A DNA stretch of 64,000 nucleotides from Candidatus Kapaibacterium sp. (GCA_038240295.1 JBBSDW010000002.1:1513-65512); one strand, 5' to 3'. Positions 10,404-19,568 are shown, counted from the first letter of the stretch. Notes: generated from the sequence alone by a model not told the origin. Numbers and translations are program-made.

Positions 10404-12059
10404 ATGACTCAGAGCCAATTGTTCCGGCAACGACGCGTTGACACACTTCAGTGCGTCATCATGCTTACGCTTCTTGTCGCGAGCGGATGTCGAGAAGTGC
10501 TGCCGGTTGCGCCGCAATTTTCGTCGGTGAGCGCACTCGATTATTTCTGGAATGGCACTCCCTACAATCCGACGTACGATGTGACCGATTCAAATTCGGC
10601 AACACAAAAAGATCAGCTGAATCTTCGATCGACTTCGGATTCGATCCTTGTTACCGACGGTCTCGACTCACATCTCGAGCTTCATTTCAGCCTAACGAAG
10701 GATAGCGTCATCATCGATCAGTTTGCCGCGAATAAGCTTTTTGTTTTGCCCGATGGCTACTATTTTTCGAGTGGTATCGGACCGACCCGCGTTGTGCAGC
10801 CCGTCCACGTTCGCTCGCTCTTTTACGATCGAGCTGCGCGAATGCTTTTTGGGGGCACCGATTCGAATGGTATCTGGTACACCTCGAATGGTGTGACTGG
10901 TACCTGGCTCCATTCGGCAGGCGCTTCGCACGCGGAGATCACTGGGTTCGCGCGAACCGAAGATTCAGCGATCTTTGCGCTTGGCACCGACTCGGTCTAT
11001 CTATCTACGGATGGCGGCATGACATTCGTCGCTGTTGCACAAGGAAAATTCACTGCGATCGCTGCCCGCGGCAAGAGCGTCTTTTTCGGAGGAAGCGATG
11101 TCGAAGAGATCACGCGACCCTCACCCACGATCCATCTTTTTACGCCGCAGCTTCCGGCCAATTTTACAAGCAGCATTCTCTCGCTCGCAGTTTGTGGAGA
11201 GCGGTTGACCGCAGGCGTGTATCAATCTTCGAGCACGAATCATTTACTTACGATCCCGATCGGCGGCAGTGTGTGGGAATCGCCGCCGCAACAGCCGATC
11301 ACCTCGACAAATATGTTCGCGCTGATCGCAAATGCACCACGCGTGTTCGCGGGCTCCAACGGTGATTCCGTTATTGTATCTTCCGATAGTGGCCGCAACT
11401 GGAGGCCATTCGCCACCAGCTCGACACATGGCAATATTTCTGCGTTCGCATCGGGCCTTTCGAGTGATCTCGATTATGCAGGTACGACGGATGGATTGCT
11501 CTTGTCTTTGCACGTTACCGATTTTGGAAATGTCAACACACTCGTCGGCGGTCGCGGAAATATCACTTCGCTTGCCGTAGAATCGGCCAACGGAAATTTC
11601 GATACCGTAATTATTGCCGGTGATAGTCTTTCGTACTGGACTCCCTATCAGAGCGCGAAACGATTCACGGCACCATATACGGAAATCTCTGTAAGTCATC
11701 CCGGCGTATTGAAAGTGCTCGATGCGACAAATGGCGGCTTACGCGTCGGTTCAACATGGATGGCTGGATATTTGAGTAGTCGCAATGATACCGCCTCGAA
11801 ACGGATCACAGGCCGTGTGCTCGAACATCTCGACAGCCTTGTGCTGCCGCTCAAAAATCCGAAGGCACCCCGAAAAGATATTCTTGTGACGCGTTACGCG
11901 ATCGAAGATGCTTCGCAGAATCCGGTGCCTGGCACACCATACTGGATCTTCTATTTTGAGAAAGGCCTCGGACCTGTCATCATCGATCTCTTAAAGATCG
12001 ATCCATCCGCGATGCAACCGGTTCTTGTTCACTCGTCGGTTTACGATCCTCCCAATTAG
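10404..12059 (+). CDS. BNR/Asp-box repeat lipoprotein, Ycf48- or sialidase-like beta-propeller
   Basis: Signal peptide plus lipobox (LLVASGC). Several Asp-box motifs (STDGGMTFV, SSDSGRNWRPF). It sits in the sigma/anti-sigma operon. Confidence 0.7.
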   Translation: MTQSQLFRQRRVDTLQCVIMLTLLVASGCREVLPVAPQFSSVSALDYFWNGTPYNPTYDVTDSNSATQKDQLNLRSTSDSILVTDGLDSHLELHFSLTKDSVIIDQFAANKLFVLPDGYYFSSGIGPTRVVQPVHVRSLFYDRAARMLFGGTDSNGIWYTSNGVTGTWLHSAGASHAEITGFARTEDSAIFALGTDSVYLSTDGGMTFVAVAQGKFTAIAARGKSVFFGGSDVEEITRPSPTIHLFTPQLPANFTSSILSLAVCGERLTAGVYQSSSTNHLLTIPIGGSVWESPPQQPITSTNMFALIANAPRVFAGSNGDSVIVSSDSGRNWRPFATSSTHGNISAFASGLSSDLDYAGTTDGLLLSLHVTDFGNVNTLVGGRGNITSLAVESANGNFDTVIIAGDSLSYWTPYQSAKRFTAPYTEISVSHPGVLKVLDATNGGLRVGSTWMAGYLSSRNDTASKRITGRVLEHLDSLVLPLKNPKAPRKDILVTRYAIEDASQNPVPGTPYWIFYFEKGLGPVIIDLLKIDPSAMQPVLVHSSVYDPPN

Positions 12060-12085
12060 CGGGGCTGGGCATCGTAAATTTGTAG

Positions 12086-12874
12086 ATGCCTGAACTACAA
12101 TCTTTTTCCGCTCACTCTGCCGGCAAGCCTTTGCTCGTTCTTTTGCCAGCATTTCCGTTATCTTCTTCGATGTGGAACCCGGCGGTCGCACATCTGAGAA
12201 CGTTAAGCAATAGCTGCACGATCGAGCTTCTCGATTTTCCGGGATTTGGCAGCACACCATTCGTTGAAGGCTGGTCGATGAAGTCGTTTGCAACGATGCT
12301 CGCTCACAAATTGGACGAGGCGGGCATCGAAGATATCATGCTCGGTGGATGCTCGATGGGCGGCTACGCGGCGCTTGCCTTTTACAAGCAATTTCCCGAG
12401 CGAGTGAGCGCACTCATTCTTTCAGATACGAAAGCGGCCGCAGATACCGAAGCTGCGAAAGAGGATCGCGAGGTTTTTGCTCGCGACGTTGAATTGCGAG
12501 GAGCGATCGCGGTGACCGAGCGAATGCTGCCGAAATTTCTGGTGGGCGATTCCGATCTTAATCCGCCGTCGCGTAAGGAGCGGCTCAGCAGCTGGATCGA
12601 GCAGGCGAACCCCGTCGCGCTCGCTCAGGCTTTGCGTGCAATGGCCTCGCGCGAGGATACAACGACACTGCTACCGAGCATTGACGTACCGACGCTTGTG
12701 ATCGCAGGCGAATCCGATCCGATCATGCCTGCACGAGTGATGAACGAAATGGCGGATGAGATTTTTTACTCATCCTTCGTGCTCATGCAGAGCACGGGTC
12801 ACCTTGCGCCCTTCGATCAGCCAAAGCAGTGGGCCTCGCACGTCGCAAATTTCCTCAGCGACTTCCATGCCTGA
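12086..12874 (+). CDS. Alpha/beta-fold hydrolase
   Basis: Nucleophile elbow GGCSMGGYAA and overall alpha/beta-hydrolase layout (HG-region, Ser, Asp, His). 262 aa. Confidence 0.75.
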   Translation: MPELQSFSAHSAGKPLLVLLPAFPLSSSMWNPAVAHLRTLSNSCTIELLDFPGFGSTPFVEGWSMKSFATMLAHKLDEAGIEDIMLGGCSMGGYAALAFYKQFPERVSALILSDTKAAADTEAAKEDREVFARDVELRGAIAVTERMLPKFLVGDSDLNPPSRKERLSSWIEQANPVALAQALRAMASREDTTTLLPSIDVPTLVIAGESDPIMPARVMNEMADEIFYSSFVLMQSTGHLAPFDQPKQWASHVANFLSDFHA

Positions 12875-13466
12875 ACTCCAACGGACGATCACTCCCCAAC
12901 GGCTCGCAAAACTCAACAGAGCCCTCGACCTTCGGCAGCCGACGCTTGCAGTCGTGATCGAAAACATTCACGACCCACATAACTTCAATGCGATCCTCCG
13001 ATCGCTCGACGCTGTCGGCGCTTCGAAAGTGCATCTTGTGTACAACATCGAGCAGCCTCCGAAGCTCGCGCATTCCTCTTCGAGCGGCGCATACAAATGG
13101 ATGGACATCGAATCGTTTGATACCATCGAAGCATCCTATGACGCATTACGAACGGATGGCTTTCGCATACTCGCGACAAAGCTCGACACTTCTGCCACTG
13201 CACTCTACTCCAACGACTTGACCAATCCGACTGCGTTCGTACTTGGCAACGAACATCGCGGCATCTCGAATGCGGCAGCCGAAGCTGCCGATGACTTGCT
13301 GTTTATCCCAATGATGGGTATGTCGGAAAGCGTTAATGTTTCGGTTGCTGCTGCTGTCTGTCTCTTCGAGGCGATGCGGCAGCGGCTCGATCGCGGCATG
13401 TACTCAGCGCCGCAACTTTCGCCAGAAGCGCTCCGTTCGAAGAAGGCTGACTGGCTCAGGCGGTGA
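12867..13466 (+). CDS. trmH: SpoU/TrmH-family RNA 2'-O-methyltransferase
   Basis: VIENIHDPHNFNAILRSLDAVGA...ATKLDT...FVLGNEHRGIS...IPMMGMSESVNVSVAAAVCLFE are SPOUT-class motifs. The start at an ATG overlapping the upstream stop was chosen over the longer ORF beginning at 12756. Confidence 0.8.
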   Translation: MPELQRTITPQRLAKLNRALDLRQPTLAVVIENIHDPHNFNAILRSLDAVGASKVHLVYNIEQPPKLAHSSSSGAYKWMDIESFDTIEASYDALRTDGFRILATKLDTSATALYSNDLTNPTAFVLGNEHRGISNAAAEAADDLLFIPMMGMSESVNVSVAAAVCLFEAMRQRLDRGMYSAPQLSPEALRSKKADWLRR

Positions 13467-13491
13467 TGCTCCCTGTTGCCACCGACAGCGC

Positions 13492-15783
13492 ATGCGCGGT
13501 TCGTTTTACTTTGAACTCTCAACGTTGGATCACCTTTCGATCGGATTACTCGGCGGGCCGCTGTGGCTGCTTCTTACTGCGCTCGCGGTCGGCGTAACGA
13601 TCGCGGTCTGGACCTATCAGCATACCATACCGCGCACAACACGCGGTCGCAAAAACCTTTTGATCGCACTTCGCTCGCTCGGGATCGGATGCCTGCTCTT
13701 CGCGATCTTCCAACCGATCTTTTCACGAAGCTCGACAACCGAAACCCGCCCTTCGATTGCGCTGGTGCTTGACAATTCGCAGTCGATGCAACTGCTCGCA
13801 ATGAATGCAAAAGGCGATTCGAATGCGACGAGACTTGCGCAATTGAAACAAAGTGTTCGCTCAGTTTTCACGTCCGAGCTTCTGTCGGATTCCAACCGGT
13901 TTCCAGGCTATGCCGTCGGCGAAAAAACCGACCCGCTTCGCCTGCCTCGAGGCCTCGATGGCCTTCATGCTGCCGCATCGGTAACCGATCTTGCTTCGAT
14001 CTTCAAAGAGATCCGCGAAGCGCGCGCTCAAAAAAACATCGAGGCGATCGTGCTCTATTCCGATGGTGCGTTCACCGCTGGCTCCTCACCGGTATTTCCT
14101 GCGATCGATCTTGGTGTGCCCGTCTATGCTGTTGGACTTGGCGATTCCGCGGAAGTTCGCGACGTCGCTGTCACCGAAATTTTTACGAATGAAGTTGGCG
14201 CAGTGGGTGCAGCGCAACCTGTCGATGCGACAGTTCACGTTGCAGGCGCTCGTTCGGGCGAACGTATCACCGTTGGACTTTATGCGGAAGGCCAAAAGAT
14301 TGACGAGCGGGCGATCTCACTTAACGACGGCATCTCCGATCTGCCCATTAGCTTTAGCTTCACCCCAAAGTCGGAAGGCATCGTAAAGCTAAGCGTTCGT
14401 GCGAGCACGATCGATGGGGAGATCACCGAAAAAAATAACATTCGTCTTCAATACGTAAATGTGTTGAAGAATAAATTCAAGGTTGCGCTTGTCGCCGGTG
14501 CGCCGAGCCCTGATGTTTCGTTCATCAAAGCCTACTTCGAGAACAACCTTTCGCTCGAACTTCGAAGCTTCATCCAAAAACAGGGCGCCGAGTTCTATGA
14601 AGGACCGATGACGGCCGCAAAGATGAGCGACGTCGATCTTGTCGTACTTGTCGGATTCCCCATCGCGGCAACTTCCGACGAGAGCATGCACGTCATTCGC
14701 GATCTGCTGACGAAAGGATCGAAGCCCTTACTGTTTGTCCCTTCGCATACGACCGATTACACGAAGCTCGCGGAATTGCAGGATGTCATGCCGTTCAAAG
14801 TCGAAGGTTTTCATCCCGTTCCGAACGAGATCAAAGTCAGTGCTTCGGTCGATCCGAAAGGTGCAGAGAATCCGATCCTTCATATTCCAACGACCGAAAA
14901 AGATATTTTTTCCTGGGAGAGCCTTGCGCCGCTCTTCAAAACGGAAACGCACATCGAGCCTCGCGCCGAGAGCGATGTATTGCTTGGTGCGTCGGTCCAG
15001 GGTGTGAAGCTCGGCGAACCGCTGCTACTGAGTCGGCGTGTCGGCGCGTCCCGTGAGATCGCGCTGACTGGCTATGGCCTCTGGCAGTGGAAGCTTACGA
15101 GTTACGGACGCCAGCAAGCTTTTTTGGCCGAGAGCCATTCGAAGGACACTGCCAAACTTTACGCACAGTCGGCCCTCGACCTTCTGCTGAACAACAGCAT
15201 GCGCTGGCTGACAACACGTGAGGAGAACAAACGCGTCAGGATCGAGCCTGAGCGAAAGTTCTACGAAGCTGGTGAGAAGATCTCGTTCACCGGTCAGGTC
15301 TATGACGAAAGTTATCTTCCCATCGAAAGCGCGACGGTTACTGCACATATCACCGGTGGTAAGCTTTCGCAGCCGCTCGAACTGAGTCTGCAGCCGCTCG
15401 GAAATGGCAGATACACCATCGCGATACCGCAAGGATTGCCCGCCGGTGATTACGTCTATAGCGGCAGCGCGATGCGAGACGGCAAGCAGATCGGCACCGA
15501 TGGCGGAAGATTCAACGTCGGCGAATTCAACGTAGAATTTGCGGAGCCTCGAATGCGTAGCGATCTCCTGCGCGAGCTTGCAGCACGCACGGGCGGTAAG
15601 TTTTACACGCCAGAGACCGCGCAAAATATGTTGCGCGATATCGAGTCGAGCCGGCAATTCGCACCTAGGAAGATCGAGAATTCCCGTGAAGTAGAACTCT
15701 GGAATGCATGGCCGCTTCTTGCTGCGGCGCTCGCCTGCTTCAGCTCCGAGTGGTTCATTCGTAAACGGACTGGAATGTTATGA
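13492..15783 (+). CDS. Membrane protein with a von Willebrand factor A domain (MIDAS DxSxS), BatA-like/DUF4175-like
   Basis: Two N-terminal TM helices, a vWA MIDAS motif (ALVLDNSQSM...YSDGAFTAG) and a C-terminal TM helix (WPLLAAALACFSSEWFI). The start was set at the internal MRGSF to avoid a 130-nt overlap with trmH. Confidence 0.65.
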   Translation: MRGSFYFELSTLDHLSIGLLGGPLWLLLTALAVGVTIAVWTYQHTIPRTTRGRKNLLIALRSLGIGCLLFAIFQPIFSRSSTTETRPSIALVLDNSQSMQLLAMNAKGDSNATRLAQLKQSVRSVFTSELLSDSNRFPGYAVGEKTDPLRLPRGLDGLHAAASVTDLASIFKEIREARAQKNIEAIVLYSDGAFTAGSSPVFPAIDLGVPVYAVGLGDSAEVRDVAVTEIFTNEVGAVGAAQPVDATVHVAGARSGERITVGLYAEGQKIDERAISLNDGISDLPISFSFTPKSEGIVKLSVRASTIDGEITEKNNIRLQYVNVLKNKFKVALVAGAPSPDVSFIKAYFENNLSLELRSFIQKQGAEFYEGPMTAAKMSDVDLVVLVGFPIAATSDESMHVIRDLLTKGSKPLLFVPSHTTDYTKLAELQDVMPFKVEGFHPVPNEIKVSASVDPKGAENPILHIPTTEKDIFSWESLAPLFKTETHIEPRAESDVLLGASVQGVKLGEPLLLSRRVGASREIALTGYGLWQWKLTSYGRQQAFLAESHSKDTAKLYAQSALDLLLNNSMRWLTTREENKRVRIEPERKFYEAGEKISFTGQVYDESYLPIESATVTAHITGGKLSQPLELSLQPLGNGRYTIAIPQGLPAGDYVYSGSAMRDGKQIGTDGGRFNVGEFNVEFAEPRMRSDLLRELAARTGGKFYTPETAQNMLRDIESSRQFAPRKIENSREVELWNAWPLLAAALACFSSEWFIRKRTGML

Positions 15784-16559
15784 TGAACAAGAACTTTGCA
15801 AGAATTGGAACATTTGTTCTGATGTGCGTGACGATGCTCACGAGCGCTTCGACCGGATCGGCACAAACCGGAAAGTCAACAACTGTCTATAGCGCAACCG
15901 CTACCTTCGAGACTGGTCCGCCAGACACTACGCTTCATGACGCCTACCGGCATTTTATCATGCCGACTGCCCGTCCGATCAACGGCGGTTACGTTGGTGT
16001 GTGGGAGCTTGCTTTTTTACAAGGGGGCGTTGGCTTTGGCGATGTGCTATCGCTCTCGGGCGGCTTTACCGTGATGCCGACCGTTTCGTTCAAATCGCAG
16101 TTTGCATTTTTGCAGGGCAAGCTCACCGTGCTCGATGAAGGGCCGTTCTCGTTCGCGACGGGTCTCAATCTTTTGCGCCTTACGAGCGAGCATCTATATA
16201 CACATCTCTTCGCGGTTGGTACGTACGAACTTCCCTCACACGTCAGGTTTACGGGACTCTTTTTTTACAAACTCTCCGGCGACGATTTTCCGCTCATCAG
16301 CGTGCGGCCTTATGGCGAGTTTGGCTTTAGCTATGGCGGAGCCGTTGGACTTGGTGCGGGCTTCGATGCACCGATTCCGCAGGTCGATAATCTGCACGTC
16401 GTCGCCGAGGCCTGGAATCATGACATCGCCTCGCCGACAAAACTCGCGGCACTCCTCGCCTTACGCGTAGAGAACGCCAGCTTCAGCTCCGACTTCGGCT
16501 TCATGTATTTCACCGCCCCGCTCCTCGTGCCCGTCGCCAATTTCGTCTGGCGATTTTAG
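15780..16559 (+). CDS. Putative outer-membrane beta-barrel protein
   Basis: ATGATGA overlap with the upstream gene. Signal peptide MMNKNFARIGTFVLMCVTMLTSASTGSAQ. Amphipathic strand-like segments and a C-terminal ...ANFVWRF. Confidence 0.6.
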   Translation: MMNKNFARIGTFVLMCVTMLTSASTGSAQTGKSTTVYSATATFETGPPDTTLHDAYRHFIMPTARPINGGYVGVWELAFLQGGVGFGDVLSLSGGFTVMPTVSFKSQFAFLQGKLTVLDEGPFSFATGLNLLRLTSEHLYTHLFAVGTYELPSHVRFTGLFFYKLSGDDFPLISVRPYGEFGFSYGGAVGLGAGFDAPIPQVDNLHVVAEAWNHDIASPTKLAALLALRVENASFSSDFGFMYFTAPLLVPVANFVWRF

Positions 16560-16565
16560 GGGGCG

Positions 16566-16888
16566 AGTTCTTAGTTCTTAGTGCTTAGTTCTTAGTTCGG
16601 GTGCTGAATTATAGTTCTTGGTACTGGTACTTTAAGCGTATACCTGCCCGCATTCCAACTGAATATGCAAGACGCGGTCATTGCGAGGAGGCCCCCAAGC
16701 CGACGAAGCAATCTCCGTGAGCGAGGTACGCAGTTTTTGCATTTTGCTTTAGACACTGATCGCATTGGCAGCAACTCATAAAAAGAGTCCGCCACCAATC
16801 CCCAAACTAAGCACTAAGAACTCAGAACTAAGAACTAAGCACTCCCAATTAAGAACTAAGCACTCCCAATTAAGAACTAAGAACTTAG
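16566..16888. repeat. Inverted arrays of short tandem repeats (CTTAGTT / AAGAACTAAG(CACTCCCAATT) units) flanking a ~190-bp unique core
   Basis: Left arm 16566-16625 (ttcttagttcttagtgcttagttcttagtt...). Right arm 16805-16888 is its reverse complement (aactaagcactaagaactcagaactaagaactaagcactcccaattaagaactaag...). The core at 16626-16804 has no ORF. Confidence 0.8.
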
Positions 16889-17029
16889 GAAAAGACGTTC
16901 ATGCCTTCGTGGTGCTTTGACCGATAGCTTGCCGCCACTTTAAAGAAAGCGCTAAAGCGTCGATGCAGAAATTTTTACCCCGCTGCGTCGCCCTTGAAAC
17001 GGTCTGCGTTCGGGGTTTTTCTTTTGTTG

Positions 17030-19318
17030 ATGGCTGAGCAAGATAACATCCCAGGTTCCAATCAGGAAATGCGCCTCGTCTTCGATCCCCTGACCGAATT
17101 CATGGCCCATTATGCAAATGCCAAGTCGGCAAAAAAAGAGGATCACTCCTACGAAGGCCTCACGATCGAGGAGAAGCTCAAGCAGCGCATTATCGATGGC
17201 GATAAACTCGGCATCGATTCCGATCTCGCGCTCGCGCTGAAATCGCATCCTGCGCTCGACATCATTAATGTGTTCCTGCTCGATGGTATGAAGGTCGTCG
17301 GCGAGCTTTTTGGCTCGGGCGAAATGCAGCTTCCCTTCGTACTCCAATCTGCCGAGACGATGAAGGCGGCCGTGAAATATCTCGAGCCCTTCATGGAAAA
17401 AGTTGAAGGCGAATCGTCAAAGGGTGTGATGGTGCTCGCGACCGTCAAAGGGGACGTGCATGATATTGGTAAAAATCTTGTCGATATTATCCTTACGAAT
17501 AATGGCTATCGTGTTGTAAATCTCGGGATCAAAGTCGGCTTGCAGGCGATGCTCGATGCTGCCGAATTGAACAATGCCGATGCGATCGGTATGTCTGGCT
17601 TGCTCGTGAAATCGACCGCGATCATGAAGGAAAACCTCCAACTCATGAAAGAGCGCGATCTCGCTATTCCCGTCGTGCTTGGTGGCGCAGCGCTTACGCG
17701 AAAATTTGTCGAGAAGGATCTCCGCGCACTTTATGCCGGTCACGTAGCATACGCGCAGGATGCTTTCGATGGCCTGCACTTCATGCAAAAGCTAAAAGCA
17801 GGCACGCTGGATGCTACCGAAGATAAACTTGTCGCGATCAAGCAGCCCGAGACGCTGCAGGAAATGCTGACGCGAATGGATCTCGTGAGAAGAGATCTCG
17901 TAGCCGCGATCGAAACGGTTGACGAAGAGGAATGGCTCTTGCCGCAGACATTCAATAAATGGTCGTTGCGTGATGTCATCGCGCATATTATCGGATGGGA
18001 GGCATTTGGCGCGGTTCGCATTGCACAAATGCGCGAGGGCATCGAACCGCAAAAACTTACCGCACAGGAATGCGATGACTACAATGTTGAACTCATCGCA
18101 AGGATCTCATCCGAGTCGAAAGAAGAATTGCTCGAACAACTCGTCGAGAGCAGAAGCGCACTCGTGAAGGTTCTTGAGAGTGTTTCTGAAGAGGAGTTTA
18201 CCAAAGGCTTGCCGACGCATCCGTCTATAAAGGGCTGGCTTCCCGGACTCACATTCGCACATGAAGCGGAGCATCTCGCGAAGATCAATGCCTGGAGAGA
18301 GTCGCAGGAAGAAGAACTCGATAATGCCATCGGCTCCGACGCCAAAATTCTGCTTGCGACGCGTGCGCTGCCCTGGATGAATTCTGGGGGAGCAGCAGCG
18401 ATCAAACGATCAAGCACTCAGGCGACCGCTCCACTTCCCGTTGCCCATGATAATCCAATCCCGACGCCGCCATTTTGGGGCGCGAGGCTCGAAGAGAATA
18501 TCAAGCTCGAAAAAGTGTGGGAGTATTTGAATGAGACGGCGCTCTTTCGAGGTCAGTGGCAGATGAAGCGCGGCAAGCGAACCTTGGAAGCGTTTGAAAA
18601 ACAGATCGTGGAAGTTGCCCGGCCGACGCTCGAACAGTTCAAGCTCCGCGCAAAACGCGACAAAGTTTTAGCGCCAAAAGTGGCCTATGGCTATTTCCCG
18701 TGCTGGTCCGAGGGCGATGATTTGGTGGTGCTCAAGCCCAAGTCGCTTACTTCGAATATTCAGAGTGTATGGAAGGAAAGCTGGGATAGCGTGGATGAGC
18801 TCGAAGAGACCGAGCGATTCACATTCCCACGACAGACGACCGCCCGCAAACTCTGCCTTGCAGATTTCTTCCGCAGCCGCGATGAGATTTTTTCTTGTAA
18901 CCAGCCGGACGTTGTCGCGTTCTCGGCTGTGACGGTCGGCGCGGCGGCGAGCGAGTACACGAAAGTGCTCTTCGAATCGAACCACTACGCCGATTATCTC
19001 TTCATGCACGGCCTATCGGTCGAAACGGCCGAGGCGCTTGCAGAATACTGGCATAAGATCGTTCGTACCGAACTTGGCATTTCGGGCAAGGATGCTGGCG
19101 AAGTGACGAGGCTTTTCAGTCAGGGCTATCAGGGATCGAGATATTCATTCGGTTATCCAGCCTGTCCGAATCTCGAAGATCAAACGAAGCTTTTTTCTTT
19201 GATCGGACCAGAACGGGTCGGCATTACGCTGACGGAAGAATTTCATATCGAGCCCGAACAGTCGACAACCGCGATCATCTGTCATCATCCAACTGCGAAG
19301 TACTTTTCCATCAAGTAA
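17030..19318 (+). CDS. Methionine-synthase-like protein with only the B12-binding cap, the B12-binding domain and the C-terminal AdoMet activation domain, plus an inserted DinB/YfiT-like domain
   Basis: Cap-domain motifs (DGMKVVGELFGSGEMQLPFVLQSAETMK), cobalamin-binding DxHxxG (GDVHDIGKNLV...GMSGLL...VLGGAAL) and a C-terminal MetH activation domain (PPFWGARLEENIKLEKVWEYLNETALFRGQW...GYPACPNLEDQ). Between them lies a DinB_2-like four-helix region (LRDVIAHIIGWEAF...LTFAHEAEHLAKI). No homocysteine- or folate-binding domains are encoded upstream. Confidence 0.8.
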   Translation: MAEQDNIPGSNQEMRLVFDPLTEFMAHYANAKSAKKEDHSYEGLTIEEKLKQRIIDGDKLGIDSDLALALKSHPALDIINVFLLDGMKVVGELFGSGEMQLPFVLQSAETMKAAVKYLEPFMEKVEGESSKGVMVLATVKGDVHDIGKNLVDIILTNNGYRVVNLGIKVGLQAMLDAAELNNADAIGMSGLLVKSTAIMKENLQLMKERDLAIPVVLGGAALTRKFVEKDLRALYAGHVAYAQDAFDGLHFMQKLKAGTLDATEDKLVAIKQPETLQEMLTRMDLVRRDLVAAIETVDEEEWLLPQTFNKWSLRDVIAHIIGWEAFGAVRIAQMREGIEPQKLTAQECDDYNVELIARISSESKEELLEQLVESRSALVKVLESVSEEEFTKGLPTHPSIKGWLPGLTFAHEAEHLAKINAWRESQEEELDNAIGSDAKILLATRALPWMNSGGAAAIKRSSTQATAPLPVAHDNPIPTPPFWGARLEENIKLEKVWEYLNETALFRGQWQMKRGKRTLEAFEKQIVEVARPTLEQFKLRAKRDKVLAPKVAYGYFPCWSEGDDLVVLKPKSLTSNIQSVWKESWDSVDELEETERFTFPRQTTARKLCLADFFRSRDEIFSCNQPDVVAFSAVTVGAAASEYTKVLFESNHYADYLFMHGLSVETAEALAEYWHKIVRTELGISGKDAGEVTRLFSQGYQGSRYSFGYPACPNLEDQTKLFSLIGPERVGITLTEEFHIEPEQSTTAIICHHPTAKYFSIK

Positions 19319-19568
19319 GTCCGTGGGCGGCCAAATCGGTGGGAGGCTGGAACTATGACTGATTTTTGAGGGCTTTCACTAAGCATCTTTCGCTTACATC
19401 TCTTCATAATTTTTTGAGTGTGTCGCTTCGAGGGCCGTAGTGTTGTGATCCGAAGCCACGAAGTCTGTTTACATCTCGCTTGATTGAGGCAACGACTTGA
19501 TCGAAGGCAGCGAGAAATATTCATTGTTGAGAAAATTCATTTGTTCAACTTTCCCCGATAGGTATCTT

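Noticed and set aside
13336-13491. Upstream start (MFRLLLL...) for the vWA membrane protein
   Set aside because: It would overlap trmH by about 130 nt and encodes Arg/Ser/Cys-rich junk. The internal Met (MRGSF) precedes the first TM helix and gives a normal gene boundary.
16566-16888. CRISPR array, considered because of the short repeats at 16.57-16.89 kb and 62.2-62.6 kb
   Set aside because: Repeat units are 7-10 bp, directly abutting with no spacers, and arranged as inverted arms. This is a tandem-repeat structure, not CRISPR, and no cas genes are present.
16920-17030. Possible cobalamin riboswitch (B12-box-like GCCGCCACT) in front of the B12-binding gene
   Set aside because: Only a short partial resemblance to the B12 box. 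I could not identify the other conserved riboswitch segments by eye. The possibility is kept in findings and not annotated as a feature.
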